From the NCBI GenBank assembly GCA_963924565.1, contig OZ004611.1, positions 23,870,001-23,934,000 on the forward strand: DNA of 64,000 nucleotides, written 5' to 3'. The position numbers were made by a program, and so were the translations under genes. A model generated the notes under the pieces. That model was given only the letters and a program-made list of their open reading frames with translations. It searched no databases and was not told where the DNA came from. Origin of the DNA: Ascidiella aspersa (lineage: Eukaryota). Within the stretch, counting starts at the first letter, position 1, and the number at the start of each line of letters is the position of its first letter. Below are positions 1-10,700 of the stretch, piece by piece.

Positions 1-202
1 CTTGGCACTTATTTCTACAGACTGTTGATTGTAATAGACATGGACCTATACTTCAGTGAATATTTATTTGCTAATTTTGATTATTTATGTTACCAAGTGT
101 ATTTCGCTGGTTTGATTTTTTTGAATTAGCCTACCTTGTAATTAGGCCGCCACACCCAATTTGAACAATATGATACTAAATATTAATTCAGAGTTGTGTT
201 AC

Positions 203-318
203 CGGGTAATCTTTTTTCCACGCCAAAATGTCGTAAACGTCGTCCAGGTAGTCGATCTCAGCCACAGCGTCATCTGGTTTCGCGTGGAGCGACATGTAAC
301 TGAATGTGCGTTGATAAC
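203..318 (-). CDS. DNASE1: DNase I exon containing the catalytic His (YQRTFSYMSLHAKPDDAVAEID...)
   Basis: Acceptor CAAAG|GT, donor CCG|GTAACA; matches the LH.AP.DAVAEI motif. Confidence 0.88.
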
Positions 319-3298
319 CTTTGGAAGAAGATGCATTTCGGATTAGCGTTTGCACCAAATAACTATGCCCAGATTTAATTTTTTTGTGTGTCAAACGCGT
401 CATGTTGTGTCAATGCGATTAAGTCTTACCATTTAACGCCAGAAAGTGAAGCTGTTTTTTATTGATTTGACAACAATCAGGTAACAGCCTTATACGACTG
501 AAGAAAACCCTTTGTCGTGACACCAATTACAACTTAAGTAACAAATGGTTTTACAAGAACAACACGTATTAAATCAATAATGTACATTGCGAAAAATTAT
601 ATCAAAATGTACCAGCTAACAAAAAGTGACGCACAGCGTTAAATAAGTTGAGAGATTCAGAGTAATTAAAATCGGGATGTCCGAACACAATATAACTTAA
701 GAGGAGCAAGAGACAACGAAAAAACAAACAAATTAAAGCTGGAAATATCAACGCCATGTGCAACAGAAACATTTATCAGCAAAAGTGAATTTTTCAAACT
801 ATATGTTTCCAGGTTATTAACTGGTGACTGTATGATCAAAGTGTGCATTATTATTGCTTTTTATATGGATAACCCAAACCATTTTATTTACAAAACTTAA
901 ACACACTAACATAGTGGTGAATTGTATAGCATAAGGAAGATCACGAATCTAAGTTACATTAATAAAACAACCTACTTTAAAGTACAAATACACAAACTTT
1001 AAAATACAATTACTGTATATAGAAAAAAGTAAAATTCCAGTTTTTACAGCTACGTAAACTCCAGTTTTACAGCTACGAACTATTGCGAATAAGGCAATCC
1101 CGTTTCTTACCATCGACGGTTGTCCTCTCGAAAAGTACAGTGTATGGTTCCCTTTCAAACACGTCTTTGTTATCAGGATATTGATATTCAGCAATCACTT
1201 TCACTCTATCGCTTCTATATAAAAAAAAAGAACACTTGAGATGGAATATACACAAAAATGAATACCTCTAAAGCGGATTTAGCTATGGGTCAACAATAAA
1301 AACTGACAGACCAAGGAATAACAATGAAAACAGTATAGCACCTATAATAAAACTGGAATTTTTCGCAATCATACTTTCTGATCTCAGAGGTAATTTTCTG
1401 GCTCGTGATATGTGTATTCATGATAATCATGATACGACATAATCATGATTTGTGCTCCGTGCACCATACAATATAGGGTTATTGATGGTCAAAAGTACAA
1501 ATTCTGAACGGCTTTTGTGGGTAGCTTTCCACGTATGTACCGTGCCGTTATTGTTGATCAAAAAGACGACTTATGAAGGCTATAGTTCACAGTCGTCGTA
1601 CACATATGCAATATGCATGTTGCGCACGTATATTTCATGTTTGAATTCAGCTTTCATGGATAGATCCCGCGTTTTTACTGCGAGAGATTTCCCGCTGTCG
1701 CCATACCGCGTGCTCTTTCACGAGTTCCTAATCATTTATTGCGTTGTGCGTTGATTGTATCGCAATTTAAACCAACCAGACTACTTGCCTATAAATTGTG
1801 ATATACTGCTGCTTACTGTTGGCCCCATACGAGTTAAACCGTTTCCTTAGTTTGGGCTCTGTTACTATACTAGCAAGGCAAAAAAGACAAAAAAAAAAAA
1901 AAGAAACAAAAGAAAAAAGCGGAAAAAAATGTGGGAAAAAGAAACACACACACTGAAATCAAGGTTAGAAACACAACTTCAACTTTTAAGGTAAACCAAA
2001 TGAACACATCCGAACATCGGTGGTACAAAATGCCGGCACCTGAACAGGTATCCGTACTGCTCCTTACTACTGCTTCTTCCGGTCCTCGGGCTCACTACGA
2101 AATCGTAATGGTTGGGCCCGGCGGCGTTGGTCAGTCCGACCAGCTCAGGCAAGGCGGTTTCGGCCGCGTCGCGAATCTCCTGGATCATGACGATGTCATA
2201 CCTCTGCACGATCTGGCGATTCAAGAATCAATTAATTCTTGATCAACTAGAGAACATTGAGAATTAGGGGAGCACAAATATAGTGCATTAATTGAAAATG
2301 ACCTTTTTTGTGGGTTCAATAGCTGCCTCCATGGTTAAAGGAAAGAGCGCGTTGTGGTAGATTTTTATCCTTTTCATGCTGGGATTTTCGATGTTAACGA
2401 CGAGAAGCTAGTTTTTGTACTCAAATGTGAGGTTTTTGGCAAAAACTCTGTCGTTTAAGCTCTATTTCGTAATAACAGCTTTGGCCCATTAAATCATACA
2501 ACACAAACCGATACCTGCCAAATTCATAAAAACATAACTACTTAGGTTGGTAACTTTGTATCCTATAACCAGCTCTAAATTATATACTTTTATTAATGCT
2601 ATAACTCTAGGATCATGAAACGCTGACGAAAACCTTATATCCGCTTTTCCGCGATATACCCGTCCGTTTATGATACGAATGTATGACTTTTAAATACATA
2701 TATTCAGTTATTCACATCACGACAGTGCCTACACACAGAAATGGATTAATTTCGTCACCGTTTTGTTTCGATTATTCAAGAAGGCAGAAGACATGCAATG
2801 TGACAAACACATGCGATATTAACGCCATCAAAGCCATGGAATCTACATATAGATATATATGTGATCTTGTCGTGTTGAGTTGCTGAACGTTACGACATAC
2901 CTGTTATAATATACTAGGTACATTTAGAAAGTCTGTTACCGAAATCAGTTGGCCTAATTAAAAAAGCTGTAGTTCGAACTTACGATCTCGGTCATAAAAA
3001 TGTCTACACAAATATATGGCCGAGTTCGTGAATATAAACTTCACCACGGGACAGCTTTTTACTACCCTTGCTTTGCCTGTGCTACAATCCTTTTTAGGCC
3101 AACCGATTTAAATCATAGCATTTTCGAAGGCAATCGAGATACTATAGAGCTGTGTACCTTGACCAAGATGTCAACAACTTGAGGCTTGTCCATTTTCGAC
3201 TGTCCGAATATCTGAATGTTGAAAGCGCCGATCAGTAACGGCAAGGGACCGCCGTATGCCGAAGAGGCCAGCAGGACGAGCAAAATAATTCGCAACAT
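203..3298 (-). CDS. DNASE1: Deoxyribonuclease I family secreted endonuclease, 5' part only. Exons 3158-3298, 2040-2212, optional 1789-1869, 1111-1214, 203-318; continues off the window's left edge.
   Basis: Spliced translation MLRIILLVLLASSAYGGPLPLLIGAFNIQIFGQSKM...RYDIVMIQEIRD...SKEQYGYLFR-SDRVKV...DVFEREPY...LHAKPDDAVAEIDYLDDVY matches DNase I motifs (signal peptide, AFNI, QE.RD, REP, catalytic His in LH). GT-AG sites with consistent phases 0/2/1/0. The GDFN and SDH exons are not in the window. The symbol denotes the family; orthology within DNASE1/DNASE1L is untested. Confidence 0.93.
1111..1214 (-). CDS. DNASE1: DNase I exon (SDRVKVIAEYQYPDNKDVFEREPYTVLFERTTVD)
   Basis: Acceptor TATAG|A, donor G|GTAAGA, REP motif. 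Confidence 0.9.
1789..1869 (-). CDS. Candidate in-frame 81-nt cassette exon of DNase I, (S)IVTEPKLRKRFNSYGANSKQQYITIY(R), with a GC donor
   Basis: Long polypyrimidine tract + TAG acceptor, donor AG|GCAAGT, phase 2/2, no stop codon, similar to the 3' end of exon 2. Confidence 0.5.
2040..2212 (-). CDS. DNASE1: DNase I coding exon 2 (IVQRYDIVMIQEIRD...KEQYGYLFR)
   Basis: Acceptor CCAG|ATC, weak donor AG|GTGCCG, phase 0 to 2. Confidence 0.9.
3158..3298 (-). CDS. DNASE1: DNase I coding exon 1 (signal peptide + AFNIQIFG)
   Basis: ATG at 3298, 47 codons, donor AAG|GTACAC. Confidence 0.9.
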
Positions 3299-5184
3299 GT
3301 TAAGCGTTTTCTGTTTTCTAAACACAGCACAAAAATACTTTCTTGATTAAATGGGACATTTTGGTACACATTGTTCTGGCGAATCTTTGAGATTGGTATT
3401 TTTAGCTACCACAATTTTGTGCTGACATACATACATTTTAGTACGAGCCACTCTATTAGCTAAAATATTGATGATAAAAATATTTTTAAAACGTTTTAAG
3501 AAACGTGTAATCTTTACTCCTCTATATTTACCAGTATTTAGCATTACTTGATTTATTAACCATCCATAATCTAAGACCAAAATCAACTTTTACCAAAATT
3601 ATTTAAAAAATGAAATTATACACATCTTCACTTCAACGACCTATACTGAATCAGGATTTAGTTTTCAATTTTTTCTAAACCAAAATATATTTTCCAATGA
3701 AACTACCGATGGTTTGGACATCGGATTTCTACTTCAAGTTCAAACGTCTTCAAAGCTACACTTTGTAACTCACACTTTCTCAGTTCCCCTTAAGACGCCG
3801 ACAAACAACTTGCGATCATCGACCTTGTTTAACAAGCTAAAATGATATATGCTCGCAGTAAGGCTGTATTATAGCACCATCGCGTCACACCACCTGCTAT
3901 GTTCCCTAGCCGCTGTTTACCTGGCATATCTAAAATTGGCCCTACAATGTTTGGTCTTCTGAGTGTGAGACTTCTTTAGAACACGTTCACAAGTCGCAAC
4001 GATAGGGCGCAACGTTGGAGGGCTTGAGGTTGAACACTTACATCATATAACCATTAGTGCAGTTTTAAACAAAAACTCTTGCGTTTTACGCGTATTGTTG
4101 AATGTCAAAAACCATATAAAAATAGTTAGCATTTTGAATGTTTCAAATAAAACACAAAAAATACACATAGGCTTTGATAATCCTACTATAGGTCTAACTA
4201 AAACGTCCTACCATTATGGTCAAGAATTATTGTGCGTTATCCTGTCAGCAAACTGCAGATATGAGCATCGTACAATGACGACGTAATTCCAAATAACCCC
4301 GATTTCATTTGTCAGCGCTATACAAAACTGTATTGTCCCGCTTTGTAATTGAAGTCAATCAAAATGATAATTTGTTAGCATTTTTTTGTTTATTGAAACA
4401 GTAATTGTTTTCCATTTGATGCCACTATGTGTTTGGTTAGGATCCAACAAATTATCATTCACACAATATTTTGCCGTTATTTCCATGTTAACACGTGCTG
4501 TTGGGAGTTTTGCGAATAGTTAATATCACTATATAGGGCAGTACATTACATGGTGAAAAAAGTTTTTCAAACTGAGTGAAACAATTCAAGGAAAAATATA
4601 TCGCACCTGAAACGTCATAATGATGTCACCTTCTTTAGGGTAGGGGTTCCCAACCTGTGGGCCATAGCCCCTATAGGGCGAATTAAATTTAATTTAATGA
4701 ACCCTTGAAGCCGCAAGAAAAGACCGCAACCCGATTTTGCTTCGAATAGTTTATATTGAAGTAGTTTAAATTTTTGTTTTGCATTAGACTGGTAAAAAAG
4801 TAAGAAATATCACATTCTAAATATCGCACTTTTTGTTATTAACAGTTTGACAAAGAACAATAACAAATCGCCATGAATCAATATACCTGCATCTACACGA
4901 ACAAAAAGGTAAATATAAAGTTTTAGCAACAACCTACAAATGACAATTGAATGCGTAGGATTTATTGCGTTCTTTTTGTTGAGATACCTCCAAAGATGTT
5001 TGCTGTAAAATCGCTCATATTGGTTTGCTGTACAGAAATTTAATCGGTGTAAATAAACCAATACAAGGTATTTTTTAAAGTCTACTATAAGGTACCTAAC
5101 CATGCAGCTGAAGCTGACAAAATACCATAGTTTAAGACTAAGTTATGCAAATTTTAACAATTAATCCAGGTCTACAAAATAATA

Positions 5185-5266
5185 AAAAATGGCCTCAACT
5201 CCAGTTCCACTAACGTAATAAAAATAGCTCTCGGGTTCCCGCTCCGGCTCCGACCTCCCAGCCCTG
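5185..5266 (-). mobile_element. End of a GGAGCC/GGAGTC-type hAT-like MITE (CAGGGCTGGGAGGTCGGAGCCGGAGC)
   Basis: CAGGG terminus followed by GGAGCC repeats; only one end visible. Confidence 0.45.
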
Positions 5267-7461
5267 GTTGCAATTTGTTTAATATGTTTCCTTTGTTATT
5301 GGCCTTATTAGAAATAACCGTCTAAGTGGTGCAAAAGGCAAACCGACTACCTGTGGACCTGTGTGTGTGATAACCATCACTATATGCAGGAGTGAATGCA
5401 ATTGATGGTCACAAAGCAGCTTCCGAGGTGCTAATTTACGGTTGTTATTAAAAACATATATGTGTGTGACTTTCATTAAATGATACGGTACTGTTGATCC
5501 CCTTCAATGTGAAGTTAGAATGTAGAAAACAGTAACGCATGGCTGTTTCTCGAATCGCTTCTCTCTGTGTAGTACTATCGGTTAAGCGAAGGTTTCTGTT
5601 TGACCGGAGGTCATGCGTTCATACCTCACTGCAGGCTAGTTGTTTTTTGGCCTTCCTTGCTAGAATCTTTGACCAACAGATTCGGTGAGTCTACGATGGC
5701 TTTCGGTGTAGTATATGCAGAACTGTTAATAAAATTTTAAACTGTGTAAGCTTCTTGCCATTTATGCAAGATTATATTCGAGGTTGTATCGTTTGGCTCG
5801 CTCGTCCTTACGTTTCGATCATTGTAAAGTCTTAAAATTAAAACCCCTCCCTATATATCTCTCTTCAGACTACGCCCTTACACTTTCTGTCTGCGGATTA
5901 AAAAAGATTTCGACACACGGCAGCTATATAGTCTGATGTGTTCAACGAGATAACGGTCATCGTCTATAAGATACAACATTCCGAAGTACACGTATATGGG
6001 GATGCGCGAAAAATAGGTGCGGCTGCGTCGACTCGCAGGGTGGCGCCAGCGAGTCGAACTGAGAAAGTGGAACAAACCTAAAAACGCAATAGCACGGGAG
6101 AAACTTGATCTTAGAACGAATAGAAAGTGGAAAAAGAAGTGTCACTTTTACGGGCGCTGCGAGCAAATGTGAAAACGCTAAAAAAAACTGTTTCGCCAGT
6201 TTTTTTTTTTCTCTTCAATTTATTAAACCCTTCAGGTTTAACAGTGATAAACCTATAACGTTTCACGACTTCCAGTTTAAAACGCTTTGCTGTTGTATGT
6301 GTTCTTACTTAAAATAGCAGCACTTCAGTCACACAGAGAACGTTTGTTTAACGAAACGTCTCACCGTTAAAATATTGCGACACAATAATTAAGCTAAGAC
6401 GCACAGTTTTTGTTTACGTACTGTCAGCTGCTTCCGTTTGAATTGTTTGAAGGATGGTCGACTTTATAAAACGCAAACACTTGACGAACTATGCCACTAT
6501 GGGATAAGTATAGACATTAACGCCGTTGTGAATAGTGTATAAACCGAGACTTACGGTTTGCCGTGTACGCGCATAAAAAAAATAAAATGTTTCCAAGAAA
6601 GCGTAAGGACGAGTTTCTAAATAAAACGCGCGTAAAGATTGTCACGCAACGAGAGCTAGACAAAAATGCAATAATGAAGAAAACGCGCACATAAATAAAT
6701 ACTGGGAGGAACAAGAGCAACCATCGTTTCGAAAAAAAAGCTTTGTGCCTTTTTCAAATAGCGAAAATATACACGTTTGTAAGCTCCATGGCAGGAAAAA
6801 TTATTAAAAATCTGATATCGAACAAGATGTGCACCGTTTGTAAATGTGTGTTTGAAAGAGTATTAATTCAGTTCTAAATATGACATGTTTTATCAAAGTA
6901 TCCCCACATTCCCTTTTAAAATTAACCAGAACGTTTTACTTCGATTATTACAAACACTGAATTTTTTCTTCGTGGACTTCAATTTTAAAACCCTAGAGCG
7001 ATTTCTGATGTGCAAGTCGTTGTCCACAAATTTGTGAAAAATAAATAAAAACGCTACCGAAAGCTCAAAGTAACCGCGAAACAAGTCTTTCTGCTATGAT
7101 ACGATTGGCGACGAAATACGTGCCGGCGTACATTTGCGAACCTAACATTGCGAACCAACGGAAGTAAAACACGAATATATGCAAGATGCGCGTAGGTAAA
7201 GAGATGGCGGAGTACAGGGTGGCATGAAAACGGCATTTTCTTGTTGTCGGGGTTTTAATTACCCTGGAACCGCGATGCCTAAGGACTGGTTTCAATCGCA
7301 AGAGAAAAAAGCGGAATTTTTCGCACCAAAAATACGAAATCTCCGGCGGAACCTTGACCGTCCGTATGAGCGACGGCGCGCCCGTGTGTGTGCGGTGTGC
7401 GCGCGCCGGTCTCCTCGCTCGAGTGGGGCACACACGTTCCGCGCGCAGAGCAGAGCAGCAC

Positions 7462-7709
7462 TCAGCTGTAAGTTTCGCGCTTCTGGTTGGCGACCGCGCG
7501 CTGGTAAAAGTACATAAAGTTGGACACGATTACGGGCACGGGCAGCGCCAGGCACAGAATGCCGGTGAGCGCGCACACGCTGCCCACCACTTTGCCGGCC
7601 GCCGTGATCGGATGCATGTCGCCGTAGCCCACCGTCGTCATGGTAACGATGGCCCACCAGAAGGCGTCCGGTATGCTCTTGAAGTAGGTCGACTTGCCCG
7701 AGTCGATTT
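7462..7709 (-). CDS. KCNA: Kv1 last exon: turret, pore (TVGYGD), S6, stop
   Basis: CAG|AAATC...[23 protein letters not shown]...[28 protein letters not shown]. Confidence 0.96.
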
Positions 7710-10700
7710 CTGCCCGGGATAAAACGAAACGTGAAGAATTTGCGTTAGCGTTAATTTTAGTTACCTACAGCTGTTAACATGTTTTTTTTGATAGATTGGC
7801 AATTCAAGATTGAATCGCTGCATCGAATCACGAATCATAGCTCAGATTTCGATATTAATTTAGTATCAGATCAGCGACGATATCACCCTATTATCGGAAT
7901 GGTACCGATATTGTTACTTAGCATTTCGCTCCGATCCGATATTTCAAAACATTTCTAATATTATTTCAACAGCGAGATTAAGTATTTTGTTGTTTTTTGG
8001 AACCCTACCAAAGAAGGTGTTTTGGCCTTTGGGCACCCCTTGACCATTGGCTTGTGTCGATTTGATTCGCAGAGTACGTATATGCAGTGTAATTCACAAA
8101 TACGTTATTTTAATAGAAGCGTAACATTCGTTTTAATTGTTAGAATTCATTTAGATTTTCGCTTTACCCCTAATAAAAACGATCCCAGTTGAAGACTAAC
8201 CAAGACTTCTGGCGTTTTATTGTAGAAATGTTCGAAATTTGGAAAATCTCTATAGGTAATCTGAAGAAGCTTCGGTAAACATAACAGGTTTTTTTTACAA
8301 AATGCAACTGTGGCTATTGATTTCGCTGGTGCAAGGGTGTTTTATTTTGGTAAATATCTTTCGCTAAAGAGTTTTGTCAAATTAAACGGCTGCCCTTTAT
8401 CAAATATTCGGGTCGAAATTAAAAAAAAAACTAGAAGAATATTCATCAAACGAACGTAGTGCCTCACCTGCGAAGTAAACTGCGCTTGAGAAAAGGATTA
8501 CGCCGATAAGCACAAAGAAAAGCAGCAGTCCCAGCTCCCGGAAGCTTGACTTTAGCGTCTGCCCGAGGATCTGCAGCCCGGTCGAGTGACGCGAGAGCTT
8601 GAAGATTCGGAAGACTCTCACGAGACGTACGACCCTGATAAAGGCCAGAGAGATGCCCTTGTTTTGCGACACCACTGCGGAAAAACAACCGTTGTCAGTC
8701 GGGCGAGTTATTAGGCCCGAGGACCCTGTATTTGGGTGAACTATATGCACGGACCTGTAATGTAGCTTGATAATGAATCGCAAAGCCAAAAATGTCGAGT
8801 ATATCGACATCATCTTGATTAAGACGTTTCGTTACTATATAGCTTGTATCATCTTCAGTTAATGTGACTGAGAAACATATCAAGCAGAATTAGGGCAAGA
8901 ATTTATTTTTGTATTTCTACCCTTTAATTTTACTTGACCGCAACCAAAGTATTTATCAATTGTAAAATTTGTTCTTCTGTTAAATGTAACAACGTTTCGA
9001 TTACCGATACAGAAAATCTTCATCAGGGCAATAAACTACTGGGCGACAGAAATATATAGCAGCCAAACACTGAAGAAAAAACACGATGAAATATATTATT
9101 CACCCAGTTGCAAGTTTTTTTGAAGATTTACAATGCGAAACACAAATAAAATTGGCCGAATTCGTATAAAACTGCTTCTAGCGGTGATTTGCCAAATAAT
9201 TACAAAAAATGATCGCTATATGGTGTATTAGTCGACTATGACATTTCTGTTTTTCTTTCTTCCTAAAGTCCTAAACAGAAGGCACCGCTATTAAAAGGCA
9301 TACAACAACGCCGATTCGAAAAACGTCAAGCTGCGATTGGAATCAGAAAAAACAAAACAACAACCTCAGTCATCTAAACAAAACACGCTCGGCTCCGATG
9401 CGCGCCGTTAAATAATTAAAGTGCGTAAACAAGGGTTAAATAAAATACACGCACCGGGCGTTTCTTCCGATGCGGCCGCTGACGCAGTGGTGACAAAGTA
9501 GGGAACAATCGCCACCAAGTCGATGACGTTGAGCACGTCGAAGCAGAATTTTGTCTTCTCCGGGCAGCTCGCGAAACGACAGAGCAGCTGTATAAAAGGG
9601 GGTATTTTGATGTACTTAACTTCAAATACCAAGCAACGCAACGAAACTCGTTCCATTGTGGACCCTTTTGGCAAAAACGATACAATTTTCTTGCCTTACA
9701 TTCCTTCGACGAAATGACTAGATTTTGCGTAAGTCAATTTGATAAATGACTTTAACTTGGACTTGGAGTCATTTTTAGACAAATAAGTTTAGGCTGCTTA
9801 TCCAAAATGCCTTCATTAGGGAATGTAACAATACCACGCCCAACCACGAAAAATAAGAATTCTCAGATGAAGGCACCCTGGATAAGTGGCCGAAACGTCA
9901 GATAGTACAAATTAGTACCAGAATAACTTATTTTAGGTAACGTTATTTCAAGTCATTTCGTCCTATGTAAGTCAAGGCAAGTTACTTCAAAATAGTACTT
10001 AAGTCAAGCCATATAGGCTAAGTCATAACAATACTGAATATCGACATTCACCGCAATTATGCAGTAGGTGGTATAGGTGCCAATACAAACCAATTTTTGC
10101 TTGCATATAATCCGTGATTTGCAATCAAACACGAAACGACAAGGTAAACAGGGGGATATTGCAACTGCGGTAACTCACGAATGAAACAAATGAATCATTT
10201 TTTTAGTTATCATTGTTATTCACATATACAGCTGATGCCGGTTTGCGCCGCACGCATAAAATAGCGCATAATTGCATTTCGATGTTCTATTGCTAGAAAC
10301 TGTTTAGAGTAGACTGAGCAATGACAGTTTTTATGCAAATTGCAAATTGACTTAACAATAAAACATGGCCCGTATAGCAATAATGTGATCGGTCTCTGAC
10401 TCCCAAAAATCAGCGCCAAAACATAAGAAAACATAAAAAACGTGTTTTAAACTGAATGTGTGGTACAAACCGATTAAATAAAACTTCCAAACATGAAATG
10501 AATAAGCAATATAAATAGGATTGATATTATAAGCAATATAAATAGGTAATATATCTTATGAACGCCTAAACGTTTAAAAGGGAATGAGACCCGCAAAAGT
10601 TATACGGGTAGCGTAGTTGCGTCGTTAAAGCACTCAATATCAATTAAACACAACTAATTGTTTATCGCTTATGACATCTTCCTAAAATCTATAGATTAAC

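Noticed and set aside
135-176. Possible next DNase I exon ending AAG|GTAGGC
   Set aside because: It would need an intron of about 27 nt and does not encode the expected GDFN motif.
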